Assembly (NCBI GenBank): GCA_964016885.1
Contig: OZ024740.1
Location: 102,362,001 to 102,426,000, forward strand
Direction: 5' to 3'
Origin: Eledone cirrhosa
Taxonomy: Eukaryota
Length of the DNA stretch: 64,000 nt
Under the pieces are notes generated by a model, which saw only the letters and a list, made by a program, of their open reading frames with translations, made no database searches and was not told the origin of the DNA. Made by a program: the position numbers and the translations under genes. Below, in pieces: positions 24,929 to 37,965 of the stretch. Position 1 is the stretch's first letter. Each line of letters begins with the position of its first letter.

Positions 24929-25418
24929 CAGAGACATACACATATTTATACATTTCAGTCGCTATGAAGTACTGGGCCTGATATATCCAAATAAACCATC
25001 CGTAAAAAAAAATTGTTGCTTCTAACCAATGGCAGAATTGGTAGTGGTAATCTGTCACATTTATTTACAGTCTACATTTTAATCCAACTCAGGTCAAATT
25101 TGGCTTTCATCCTTCTGGAATTGATAAAATAAATACCAGGGTAATATGATCTACTCTATATACCCCTTGCTCCAAACATTTGTTATATTATAAATTAGTA
25201 GATTGGCAGAATTAATAGAGTGTCAAGCAAAATGCCTCCTCGCATTTAGTTACAGTCCTTTCAGCTCTAATTTCAAATACCACTGACTTCAAATTTGCCT
25301 GGAGGTTAATAATACCAGTCAAATACTGAGGTCAATTTGTTACTTTTCAGCAGTTAGAAATCATTATTTTATCAATGATCTCACAAATAATTATTTGTTT
25401 TGCTTGATTTTTTTCCAG

Positions 25419-25570
25419 ATGGTATCGTAATGGGAAACACTTAGCTCGACAAACAGCAAGTGTTTTGAATTTGCCGTCCATATCTCATGTGTACCATGAC
25501 AATACAATCACATGTGAAGCTACAAATGCAATTGGTAGTACTCGCAAAGAGAAAAAGCTGGATATCAAAT
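25419..25570 (+). CDS. kirrel: Kirrel/Neph-like Ig receptor exon (C-terminal half of an Ig domain)
   Basis: ttttccag acceptor and gtaagc donor; WYRNGKHLARQTASVLNLPSISHVYHDNTITCEATNAIGSTRKEKKLDIK; phase joins the next exon (K-Y-G-P). Confidence 0.85.
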
Positions 25571-27117
25571 GTAAGCATCATCAAAAATTTATATAACTTC
25601 TGTTTTATTTTATGCAATTTGTGTGTGCATGTTCATATATATCTATTTTAAAGGTGGCAGTAACATCGAAAATTTGCCAACTAAGTCTTTTTCACAATGT
25701 GGTGAAAAAATAGATATTTGTCTTATATGAATAGGTTAGGAATATTGAAGATGGGAAAAGTTTTTGTAATAGGCAGATTCAAATTACAGATGAAAAATAA
25801 TAAAGAAACAACAAGATTAGATAAAGTGGGGTTGTGTTCAGTATATGGTTAATATTAAGAGATATGGGTATAAATTGTGTGTAAGGCAGAAGTTTACTAT
25901 ACATATGATTATAGTTATCATTCTATCAGTTTACGAAAATCAGTTTTTTCATTTGTAAAAGGTATTAAGAAAAACAACAAAAAATAATGGTTTTAGAAAG
26001 TTCATGTTGAACTGTTTTAGAAAAATAACTGAAAAAAGTAATATTTTGAAAAAGATTTTCACTTTAGTTATAAAGTCTTAAAAGATTTTTTTAATTGCAA
26101 AACCTTTTTCATACTTATTATAGATAATTTGAAAAAGCTGTAAATAACTGGGCAATAAATTATAGTTTAGAAAATATATATTCATGAGTATTGTATGTGT
26201 ATAAGACAATATAAGTATAAATATGGTTTGGAACAAAATTCACCAAAAAAGAATTGCTGGTTGCTATCATCATCAATATCATCATCAACATTGTTTTTAC
26301 ATCAACTTTTCCATGTTGACATGGGTTGGATGGGATTTTTGAGGCAGTATTTTACAGCCAGATACCCTTCCTGAGGCCAACACTTTAAGTCAATTCTTAT
26401 GATACATTGGGATACAGCTTATTTATTCTAAACCAGATGCACTCAGTATCATAAACATTTATCTTTGCTATATTTATTAGCAGAGTAGATGACAAATTGG
26501 CAAATTCATTAGAGTGTCAGATAGTATGTATTCCAGTTCTCTTTGTTCTGAGTTCAAACCCCCATTGAGATCAAATTTGCCTTTCATCCTTTTGGGATTA
26601 ATGAAATGAAAGTTCCTGTCCATTGTAGTGGATTGACAGAACTGTAAAACTTTTTGGTATCTGCTCCAGTATTTTGTGTTCTGAGTTCAAATTCCACCTA
26701 ACGATTCAAATCCCAGAGATGACCAGGTTTAACCACCCAAGAACAGGACCACCTCTGATTATCAAAGATGTAATGGGTGGAGGAGGATATTAGCTAACTA
26801 CTACTGAAATCAAATGATGACGATCAGTTATAGAAAACCTGTCAAACAAAGGCTCGTAAGGACTCTTCAGTTGTGTTGTAGACGTGACAACACCCCTAGT
26901 TCAGGTTACATAATAAAATGCACTTAATACAGTTCAGGAATGCATATAAGCAAGATGTAGGGCCCTGGCCTATCTCAGAGGGGGTTCAGTGGTTCCACTT
27001 AAGCATTGAACCCTTGCTAGCAGGGAATACAGACATTAAAAATAATATAAACAAATCATAATTAAGATAGAATTGTAAAATTTCAGCAGATTAATGATTG
27101 CAATTATTTCTATTAAA

Positions 27118-27310
27118 GGCGGTGGATTGGCAGTATCGGTAGAGGGTCGGACGCCATGCTTTGACGCATAGAGTTATGGACCTTGCCATTCTGAGTTCAA
27201 ATCCCGCCGAGGTTAACTTTGCCTTTCATCCTTACGAGATCGATAAAATAAAGTACCAGTAATGCACTGGGCAATTACTGGCCTTGTGCCAAAAGTAGAA
27301 ACAATTATTT
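27118..27310 (+). mobile_element. Meta-domain-like SINE with 19-bp TSD
   Basis: caattatttctattaaagg at 27101-27119 and 27302-27320. Confidence 0.88.
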
Positions 27311-27960
27311 CTATTAAAGGGGAAAAAGAACTCAGGTCATGGTAAAATAACTGGTAGTTTAAAATTATATTCACTGTATTTGTAAACAAAGAAGCTTTCA
27401 TCATCATCATGATCGTTTATATATCCAATTAATGCTGGTGTAGGTTGGATAGGTTGTCATAGTTTGTGGCAGGCTGGATAACTTCATCTTGTTCATATGT
27501 TCCATTATTTTATATGGTTTCTATGAGTGGATACCCTTCTGACACTAACCACTTGATATGGTGTACTGGATGCATTTGTATCATGACACCAGCACTATCA
27601 CTTTACAGAGTGGACTGGGTGCATTTTATCGTGGCACCGGCACTAGAGAGGTTATCATATGATCAACTAGACTGAAGATCCTATATTTTCTTTGTTTTAA
27701 GAAAATTTAAATTAATAGATTAAACACATATGTATGTAAATATGGACCTTATAGAAAATTATTTTAATGAGGGATGTGTGAAATGTAGGAGATAATTTCA
27801 GTTGGAAAAAAAAAGACAGCTGTAAAAATCCAGGTAGAAATACAGATTTTTTTAAATGATTTCTATAAGAGTTAATTAATTCTAAAGCTTATATGTTATA
27901 GACATTCCTAGACAATATAAATTTGTATAAATTAATATCAACAGCAGACAGTATATTTAA

Positions 27961-28194
27961 TCCTTTCATATTTCTAATAAAATACACATTATCTGAATTA
28001 ATTAATGAAGAATTTGGAATGGTTTACTGAAAGTATTAATTATGTCATTAAGAAAATATTTGTAACACACACAACTTAACATAAGGTAAAAATATATGTT
28101 GAAAAGTTTTAACTTAAATAGGAGTCCTTCAAAATGGGGAGTTTTGTTTCATAGAACTTGAGCCAGTTTTGGTTGGGTGTTGGTATCAATAGGG
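27961..28194. mobile_element. piggyBac-like MITE (diverged)
   Basis: ttaa-tcctt...aggg-ttag; homologous to 60328-60552. Confidence 0.55.
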
Positions 28195-28448
28195 TTAGAA
28201 AAAAACATTGGGTCTAAAGGAAATCCTACCAGTAATGAATGTGAGAAACTAACAGAAGAAAGAAAAATTTTAAGGCATTGCTTTTGAAAAAAAATGCTAG
28301 TTTATTGTTTAGGGAAGATAATACAAATATATTGAAGAGAAACTGAATGGATAGATTTGTAAAGACTGAATTTCAGTTTTTAGTATATCTTCAACTTAGT
28401 AAGTTGTACAAATAGATAAATAAATAATACATACCTTTTTAAATAACA

Positions 28449-28640
28449 GGGCGGTGGATTGGCAGTATCTGTAGAGAGCCGGACGCCATGCTTTGCAGCA
28501 CCGTTACGTCCCTTTACGGACTGAGTTCAAATCCCGCCAAGGTTAACTTTGCCTTTCATCCTTATGGGGTCGATAAAATAAAGTACCAGTAATACACTGG
28601 GATAATTGCTGGCCTTGTGCCAAAAGTAGAAACAATTATT
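28449..28640 (+). mobile_element. Meta-domain-like SINE copy
   Basis: Closely similar to the 13783 and 27118 copies. Confidence 0.88.
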
Positions 28641-30249
28641 AATTATTTATAATATGCTTAGTCAAAAATGTATGTATATGCATGCCTCACATATCTATTA
28701 AGGACAGCCTAAAAATCAATATATTTAGTAAAGTTGTACCTCTTGATTTTCGTGCAAAACGTTATACTTACTACTTGTTTAGGTGTACAGCAAGATGAAT
28801 AGAAAATGTGTGTGTTTTAAAATAACATTGTCTTTTACAGAATTGTCTCAAATCAATACTATATATGTGTGTAAACTACAAGTTGGTATTGAGAAGAATT
28901 TAGTATATTGTGGAAACAAAGGTATTATTTAATAAATAAAAAAAACAGAAAGAAAACGATGTTAAATTATAAGAAATTGTGCAAAAATGAATACATTGGA
29001 ATATAAGCTAGAACAATTATTTGGTAACATGGAAATGTCTAATAAAAAAAAAATAACATGCATATATTAAAATATTTTTTACAGAGTTTTGTCATATCAA
29101 TAATAGTATGTGTGTAAACTACACATTGTACTTAGAGCAATCTAGGATGTACTGAAACAAAGGTATAATTTAATTAAATAACATGACGAAAATATCAAAC
29201 TAAAAGAATGTAAGTAAAAATGGATACCTTTGAAGTTAATGTAAGTTAACATTAAATTGCATTAAAATAAAATAAAGGTAAAAAAGGTGAAATTAGAAAT
29301 AGAAGGGGTGATGGGAGATGCAAGTTTTAATAAAAAGGTGTGCAAGATCATATAATCTGGAATAATTATATTGGATATGTAAGCATTTAATTGGTTCAGT
29401 CAGAAGTCATTAATAAATATATATTATAAACTTAATGAAGTTTAATAAATTAATTCTTTGAAAGGAATTTGTAGGTTGAAAATTCAATAATTAAACAATT
29501 GTAATAATTGGAAGGACAATAATTGCATCTAAGTTAAAACAATTAAATAATTGCATTAACTCTTAACATCCTGTACCACATAAAGCCTCATTAGCAAGAC
29601 ATTCTTGAAAAGTTCAAAATAGCACTATGATAGCATCACATTTAAAATTAAAGTCTTTACTCTATTATTGTAAATTTTCACATTTTTCTGTCCAATAGTG
29701 AAAGATACTATGTTAAATGGTGGAACTGTACTAGAATCTATGTTCTGTATTTTTCAGTTACTATTCTGTAATTTCTCTAATATATTATTACTAAGATGAA
29801 AAGTTCTAATAATGAATGTAACAATTGCTGTTAGGGATAATACACGATTTCTGTTCATAACAATGAACTGTATGTTGAAAGTATTTTCAATCTAGGTAAG
29901 AATAAAATAAGAATATAAGGTTAATAGAAATGTATGAACACACTAGACAAGTGTGAGTTCAATAAGTTAATACCTATTTAGTACTATAATAGGTTTGAAG
30001 TGTTTTTATGTTCTAAAATTCCTATATCTGCAAGATGAGATTAATTCCGAGACTAAACAATTTGTCAAAACTATGCATAGTCTCAGAATGTAATAAGGTA
30101 TTTACCTTGACTGTTTCATGTGGAATAATTTGTTTTTCAGTTTTGTTTCATCTCTGTCTCATAGATGATAGACATTGCTGTAATATCATTAAACACTTTA
30201 TGGAGTTCTCATGTACAAATGTGTTCTTCAGACATTTGTGTGTATGTGC

Positions 30250-30287
<38 letters not shown>

Positions 30288-30504
30288 ATGAGAGGTATAC
30301 AAATATATGTGTATACATACATATACATGTATATATAAACATATTTTTCACAAGTATGTGAGATTGTATGTTGTCGACCTTAACCAGTGTTACTCTATGA
30401 TTATGAGAGACAAAATAATCGAAATAATTAAATTGACACAATATCAGAGTTATGTAAAATATTATAAAAAGGAATAATAGATACAATATACCTATTTTTT
30501 TCTT

Positions 30505-30600
30505 TGTCCCGACTGTACAGTTTCGCTGGTCACTATGCAAGAATGTTATATCATAGATATACAACATTGTTGTGAGGTAAGCCAGCTTATCAAGGGAGCA
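30505..30600 (-). ncRNA. Type I hammerhead ribozyme, U3-A8 core variant
   Basis: Minus strand: tgctccc TTGATAA gctgg...ccagc GAA ACTGTACAGT C gggaca. Confidence 0.8.
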
Positions 30601-31153
30601 CCTCAGGAAAGAGCCCTAAATACATACGTCCGTAGCATGCGAGAAAATCTCAGAAAGGCGGAGGGAGACTCTATCATGTGATACACCGGTCAAGAAAGGG
30701 GATTACTCCCTTGTAGCAGTGAAAATATCTCAGAAGGCGGAGGGAGATATTGATATGATACATAGGCTACAGAAGGGTGGTAAGGTTGACTAGAAGTGTA
30801 TATAGTGTTTGCTTGAAAGCAGTCACTATACTTCCGTGGTTACTCTACCGTGAGGGAGTTAGAGACAATAATGAGAGGTATACAAATATATGTGTATACA
30901 TACATATACATGTATATATAAACATATATTTTTTACAAGCAAACACTATATACACTTCTCGTCAACCTTACCACCCTTCTGTAGCCTATGTATCATATCA
31001 ATATCTCCCTCCGCCTTCTGAGATATTTTCACTGCTACAAGGGATTAATCCCCTTTCTTGACCGGTGTATCACGTGATAGAGTCTCCCTCCGCCTTTCTG
31101 AGATTTTCTCGCATGCTACGGACGTATGTAGTTAGGGCTCTTCCCTGAGGTGT

Positions 31154-31244
31154 TCCCTTGATAAGCTGGCTTACCTCACAACAATGTTACATATCTATGA
31201 TATAACATTTTTGCATAGTGACCAGCGAAACTGTACAGTCGGGA
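31154..31244 (+). ncRNA. Type I hammerhead ribozyme, U3-A8 core variant, sense to the host gene
   Basis: tccc TTGATAA gctgg[long stem-loop]ccagc GAA ACTGTACAGT C ggga; predicted GUC cleavage after 31240. Confidence 0.8.
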
Positions 31245-31362
31245 CCAAAAAAAAATAGGTATATTGTGTCTATTATTCCTTTTTATAATATTTTATATAT
31301 ATATATATATATCATCATTTTACATCTGCTTTTCCCTGCTTGCAAGGGTTATATATATATAT

Positions 31363-31395
<33 letters not shown>

Positions 31396-31396
<1 letters not shown>

Positions 31397-32003
31397 GGTG
31401 GCTGCCAACTCGTTTTCGAGTACGGCCACTACTTTATATCCATGTAGGAGAACCCCTACCGATGTGCTGAACGAGTGTGACTTTTTAGTCCAGCCAGCGA
31501 CTTGAAAACTCTGGTACAAACACTACACCTGTGATAATTATTGACACATAGTGCTGGGTCCAGGGTACCATGTGACGACAAGTGCAGAGAGATCTCCAGA
31601 GATAAAGCAATGCCTGTGCCATGAAGCTTTTATAGTGAGCAAAGGCACTGCACAAAGCCAGTCCCACTCTCTTAACCAAGATGATATTTACCAAAAAGAA
31701 GAACAAGTCAACATCATTGGATACCATCAGGGTTGCAGGTGTTATATCAGAGTTTTCCTTCTCCTAGAATTCTGCCTTGACAAAGGCTAAGGGGTCATCT
31801 CTCCCGGTGATTTTGGATGGCCATTGACTCTTAAGAGCTCCTTTGCCCTTTGACAGGTTTTGTTTTTAGTCCTGCAGGATGTCCAAAGTCACCCTCCTCA
31901 CCAAGAAACCTTGGTGGGGTTGCCAGTTTAGTCGCCAACGACCCGACCATGAGACAGGTTGTACTGGGATACATGTTACCAGTAGCACCAACTGGTGACC
32001 TGA
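31396..32003 (-). mobile_element. Probable RTE-type 5' UTR fragment between microsatellites
   Basis: GC-richer block with minus-strand ctaggagaaggaaaactctg, a motif I recall from RTE 5' UTRs, and a multi-hairpin 5' end. Confidence 0.45.
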
Positions 32004-32552
32004 CATACATATATATATATATATATACACACACATATCTCTATATATATTTGTATATATATATATAATCATCATCATCTATATATATGGAATGGACCTC
32101 TGTCAGTTTTGATGATGAGTGCTCCAATTATTTGACAAATTGAACAGCCTGCTTATGAAATTAACATGTAAGTGACTTAGCTTTCTACAGACATGTTTAC
32201 CCTTAACATAACATATGTATATATGCATGTCTGTATGTGTGTGCATGTATGTATATATGTATATATATATGCATGACATGTATATCCAGTGTAGAATAGG
32301 CGCACATTATCCCTGCATGTCATAAGAAGAGACTAAAAGTTTGATGTCAGAAAGATCATGTTATTGTAAAACATTGCCTCAAAACGTTTCGTCCAACCAA
32401 TGCCAACATGGAAGAGTCGACATAGAAATGATGATGATGATGCAATTTTACATGAACACACACACACACACACACACACACAGGTATATATCAATATCTT
32501 GTTAATGTTTTCAAATTTTTAAAAATTTCTTCTGTATCTTTCTCTTCAATAG

Positions 32553-32807
32553 ATGGTCCACGTTTTATTAGTGCTAGTAGTCATGTAGCAGTAGACCCGA
32601 GAGAGAATGCTAAGCTGAAGTGTGAAGCTGAAGGTAATCCTCCACCGAGCATCATTTGGCGGAAAAAAGGTTCCTATGATATTTTGGGAACTGGTTCGAC
32701 TTTGGAGCTTGTAGAAGTCGATGATGCAGACCTAGGCACCTACTATTGTACTGCCACAGTTGTTGATTTTAGTGAAATCAGTCGAGAAGTACTGCTTTTA
32801 AAGAATG
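32553..32807 (+). CDS. kirrel: Kirrel/Neph-like exon (Ig domain)
   Basis: aatag/gtaagt boundaries; GPRFISASSHVAVDPRENAKLKCEAEGNPPPSIIWRKK...DLGTYYCTATV...LLKN; phase 1-1, 255 nt. Confidence 0.92.
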
Positions 32808-34497
32808 GTAAGTGAAAATACTTTCTGCATTTTGGTATTTTTCAAATAATCAGGGTAATGTTTAACATTTAAAAATATATATTATGGCATATTGTTGTTG
32901 TTTGGCCTCAGGTCATATCTGATCAAGCAAACCTATGTCCCAGCCATAGCAGTCCATTCCTTCTTTTTCCTCCAGGAATAGTGTACTCAAAATTTATGAC
33001 CTACACCTATATTAGAATCATGGCTTAGCAGAATTGTTACATCAAATAAAATCTTTGAGTATTTAGTCAAAGCTCTTTACATTCTGAGTGCACAAACTAT
33101 AAAGATCAACTTTGCCATTCATCCTTACAAGTTCAAAAAAGTCATGTACTGGGTGGGATTGATTATACTTGACTAATCCCTCTCCCCAAATTTCTGACCT
33201 TGTGCTTATGTTAGAAATAATTATCATTTGAAAGAGTAATGGCTTGGGGAATTAGTAGAATGCAGTAGATAATGTCTTGGTATATCTAATGTCATCCCTT
33301 CACATTCTGAGTTCAAATCTCCCTAAAGTCAACTTTTCCTTTCATCCTTCTGTTGTTGATAAAAGAAATTACCAATCAAGTATTGATGTAGGTTGTACTG
33401 TCAAAATGTGGGGTCCACTGCCTATCTGTAAATCTTTGCTATTATTGGATTGGCAAAATCAGTAGAACAATGGACAACATGCTTAGCCGAATAGAGTTAT
33501 GGCCTTTTATGTTCTGAGTTCAAATCCCACCGAGGTTAGCTTTGCCTTTCATCCTTACGAGGTTGATAAAATAAAGCACCAGTGAAGCACTGGGGTTGAT
33601 TTAATCAACTTTCTATTTTCCACAAAATGGCTTTGTGCCTAAAGTTGAAGTAATTATTATTAATGTTGCCAGATATGAGAATCAATGTTTTTAATTAGAG
33701 AGGTGTGACAAAAGGCTTCTATAAGTATTCTTTCTTGGATTGATATAGTTACTCAATCAATCAAAATTCATGGCCTCCCTAGCCTAGGTATTTTAATTGA
33801 TTGATTGACTTTTCCAAAGCAACAGTTATAACCTTCTCCATCCACCTTTTTTGTTCCTCAGCCAATCCTATATTTTCCATACTGGCATGGATTTAATAGG
33901 TACTTATAGTTGAGTCAGTTCTTAGTTGGAGTTACTATACTCCTAGACATGTTAGAGAAATATGACTTACTCATACATTCTATTTTGGGCATGGTTCTAC
34001 AATTGGATTCCATTCCTAACATCAACCACTTTACAGGGTGTACTTGGTGCATTTTATCATGGCATCAACACAAGAGAGGTTGTTATGTCCTTGATGTGAC
34101 TGAAGATTCCTCTCTATCCCATGTTGTTACTATCCAATTGCCAATCATGTTACATAGTGTACCGTATGTATTTTATCATGACACCAACAATAGAAAGGCT
34201 GAAAAGCTAAATCATTTTCTCTACTCCATGTGGCTTTACTGTTTAAAGGTAAACATAGATGTGAGTATTAATAGATGGGAGAGTGATGTCCAAGCAAGAA
34301 AGGGGAGAAAGTATGAATATGAGTGTGATGGAAGAAACATGGTGATAGGATGGTAAAAGATTGTGTAGTAGAGAAAACAATGTTTGCTACATGCTGGTTG
34401 TTGATAGGCAGCTGAATTGGTAAGAGTATGAGTAGTGTGAAGAGATAACAGTAAAAATGAGTCAAAGTTTACATAATTGATAATTGTTCATTCTTAG

Positions 34498-34794
34498 GTC
34501 CTCCTCGCATTATGAGTGACGGAAAATTTTACACAAGTCAAGAGAAAACTGCACACATAGAGTGTATTGCTATATCCGTCCCGAAACCAGTCAGTATGTA
34601 TTGGATGAAGAATGGTAGAACACTTGATAATACAAAATCAGACCGTTTTTCAACGAATAATGAAGAATTACCATATGGTATGAAGAGCACATTAGAAATC
34701 CTTAAAGTCCACAAAGAGGATTTTGGCAGTTACAACTGCAGTGTGGCCAACAAATATGGTGAAGATATAGCCATTATTACACTGGCTGAAAAAG
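34498..34794 (+). CDS. kirrel: Kirrel/Neph-like exon (membrane-proximal Ig domain)
   Basis: ttcttag/gtaagt boundaries; GPPRIM...IECIAISVPKP...WMKNG...EDFGSYNCSVANKYGED...AEK; phase 1-1, 297 nt. Confidence 0.92.
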
Positions 34795-36255
34795 GTAAGT
34801 TCATTCCTGCATATTTTGTTTATTACATCTTCATAAAGCTGTGTGATTTGTTGTTGTTTTTGTTAAGCCCCAGTTCTGATCAAACAGATCTATAACTAAA
34901 AGAATTCAAATAAGCCCATCTCTTTTTATATCAGTCATATGCTGTGTGTATCCCATCTTTAGAATAGGTACACTAAATCCCTGTGTCTCTTAAGAGGTGA
35001 CTAAAAGGGTTGGAATTAGGAAAGACATTTTGCTGTAAAACATAGAATAAAGAATAAACATAGAATAAAGAAACAGAGAAGAAGACACAAAGAGAGAAGG
35101 AAAGAAAAGTATAGTTTATGAGAACTCTAATTATATCTGTATTTCTTGGATTGTTTAGCATTAATTAGAAAACTAACTTGAGACAAAGCAAGTAAGGGGT
35201 AGAACAAATAAGAGTTGTGAAGGGACCTTATTATGCTTGTAATTGAGTGAAAATCTGGTATAGATAAATTTCATGTAGATTGGCACAGAGATGGCAGGAT
35301 GGAGAGCACTGGCTTGAGACAAAGAGAGGAAAGACAAGGAGTACAAGAGTATTTATGATGGATATTTAAGAAGAAAGATGAAATATCTATACAAGTGAGG
35401 GAGTAACTTTATTCTGTAAGAAGTAACATAATATTGAAGGATTGCATTAGTTATATTTATTTTATAACATGTGGGATTTCTAGTAATGCTCTTTTTTGGC
35501 CATGTATAATGTATTTTTAATGTATAAAGAAATTGTCGCAGGAATGCTACCACTTAAAATAAAATTTTGCCAGAGATAAATTAGTAACATTTAATAAGTG
35601 GGAGGGGGAAATAAGAGCAGGGGGTTGGAAAAAATCTGAAAAATTAATAAGCAGTGGTGGGTTATTTGAGACCTGAGTGTAAGGGCTTCTAAAGAATTCC
35701 AAATATATTTACATAACTAAGGGGAAGTAACTCTCTCAAAATAGGTTAACTCAACCATTCTATGAAGTAAATACCAGTAAGTTGATATGAATAATTGATT
35801 GAAACAGAATGGCCACAGTCCAATGATTCAAACTAGTAAAAGAATATAAAATAAGGTTGATTATGAATATGCTCACTTACAGATTTAGTTGAGTCTGGAT
35901 ACAAAATCCTATCTTCAAATCCAAATTGCTATTGTAATGACATGCTCTTTACTAACAAAAGCCCAATAAATTTAGTTTTTACATTGAAAGCCCCCATTCC
36001 TTAACCCTTTAACATTTAAACCGACAATATCTGGCCAGAATTCTCTCACTTCTTGCTGTTCAAACCTGCTGTAACTGACTGCTCATACCTACATTAAGGT
36101 ATTGTTCTTAAAATGACAAAATCTTATAGATTCGATATTGTGTGAGATAATTATGTGAGGTAAAGTTTTTACCACAAAAATACAATAGTATATATAGAGT
36201 AATGTTAATACTAACAGGTTAAACACTGTTGCTAATGTTCTTTCTTCTGTTGCAG

Positions 36256-36366
36256 ATGTCTTACCAATGCCATATATAATTGGTGGTGCCGTAGGAAGTG
36301 TAGCAGTCATTTTAATCATTATTTTAGCTTGTGTGATATACCATAAATATAAAAACACTGACTCAG
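36256..36366 (+). CDS. kirrel: Kirrel/Neph-like exon (transmembrane helix)
   Basis: ttgcag/gtgagt boundaries; DVLPMPYIIGGAVGSVAVILIIILACVIYHKYKNTDS; phase 1-1, 111 nt. Confidence 0.9.
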
Positions 36367-36439
36367 GTGAGTAACTGAAGAAGATTAACGATGCATGTTG
36401 AAAATATACCTTTACTCACCCAGTGACTGAGCATCAACA

Positions 36440-36600
36440 TGGTATTGGTGGTGGTGGTGGTGTGTTGTGGCAGAGATGGTGATGGGGTGGTGTTTATTTT
36501 TTTTTTGAGGGGGCGATGGTAGTGATGGTAGTGGTGTTGGTGTTGTGGTGGGGTGGTGATGGTAATAGTGGTGGTGGTGGTGGTGGTGGTGGTGGTGAAG
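36440..36600 (+). repeat. (GGT)n-rich tract just downstream of the TM exon donor
   Basis: Direct inspection. Confidence 0.85.
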
Positions 36601-36988
36601 GTGCTATTGTTTGTATGGAATCATTCTAAAGTGAGTTTGCAGGACCTATTATATATTGAACAATGGCATTATTTAGAATGAATTCCATTCAGGGTGGACC
36701 ATATAAAGGTTGCTATTTCCCACTCCACTGAAACTATTAACCTATTTGACAAAAATCTATTAAAAGTATTGTTGTTTTTTTTTTCTTTTTTGACATCCCC
36801 ACTTCCTTACTATCTTTTCTTTCAAGATGGCATCATTAGTGATACATGTAATCCAATAATTCTATATATCTAAGATGAGTCTTTGGAACTGAAGTTATAG
36901 ACTAGAGAATGATCAGGCATTTATACACAATGATGATGATATACATATATATGTATGTGTGTGTGTATATGTACATATATATATATCA

Positions 36989-37965
36989 CTGTGTATACTC
37001 GTGTATAAGCCAAGTAATATGTGACAAAACAATCAATGTTTAAATGTGGGGGTCAACTTATTCAAGGTCAATATTTTGCTTATTTTCACCAACTTCAACA
37101 TCTACATAGAAAAGGCACCAAAATATCTGGAGTGATACATATGGATACTTCCAATTATTTACATGAACAAAAACGATAATACTTTAAATACCTTCATCAT
37201 CATACTTGTAATGCACACATTTGGAAATGTGCAATTTTATAAATTGTGGTGCAGTTATGCATTTCATTTTCATTTTACGTCCGCTTTTCCCTGCTTGCAA
37301 GGGTGGGACTTATGCATATGTACATATTTATATTTATATTCATAACTGCACTTAAATGCATATATATATCTTTTCCATTGAAACACTGTTACAATGAATA
37401 TAAAAATTTACAAGCATAAATATACTGAAACATTGAAACACACAAATTTATAATCATACAGAGACAGTGTGACATACACACATACACTTATGACCACATA
37501 AATGTAAACAGATTATACATACATATATAAATGTGTGTGTGTGTGTGTATGTGTGTGTATCTGTATCTACACATGAAGTGTGTATGTGTCCATATTTAAT
37601 ATATACATATACACGATTCAACCGGTTTGTATGTTAAATAAAAACCTTTTACATTCAGAAGATGACACTATTGTTGTCTGCTAAAAGTAAGTAAACAAAA
37701 ATTCAATGAACTTGTTGAAATTTTATAAAACAATCATTATGTAATGGAGTTGTGAAACAAAAGCTATACACTTAACAGCACTTACAAACATTTTAGATAT
37801 GAAAATATGAAAATATTAAAACTTTATAAAAACATTCTCCACCTGAGGGAATTTATAAAACCCTGCCATTTACACATAATGTGTTGATTAGCTGCCTCAA
37901 TTCAAAGACATAAAATATGAAGTGGTGTGTCAGCTTATATTTGGATCATCTAATTCACAATTATA
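36989..37965. mobile_element. Possible decayed pogo/Tigger-like non-autonomous element
   Basis: Left end ctgtgtatactcgtgtataagcc with sub-terminal ggtcaacttat; right end gtcagcttatat...tatata. Confidence 0.35.

Larger units (their letters stand above)
30284..31295. mobile_element. PLE pLTR/retrozyme-like element: 583-bp tandem unit plus ~360-bp inverted arm
   Basis: Direct repeat at 30284-30354 and 30867-30939; inverted arms 30455-30815 and 30936-31295 with about 12 differences by eye; HHR in each arm; (TA)n on both sides. Confidence 0.82.

Noticed and set aside
34795-34895. Hydrophobic extension of ORF 34512-34895 as a TM segment
   Set aside because: It lies past a strong G/gtaagt donor, and a better TM exon follows in phase at 36256
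25419-36366. Nephrin/Sns assignment for the Ig gene
   Set aside because: No FN3 exon is needed between the last Ig exon and the TM exon; the phases join directly
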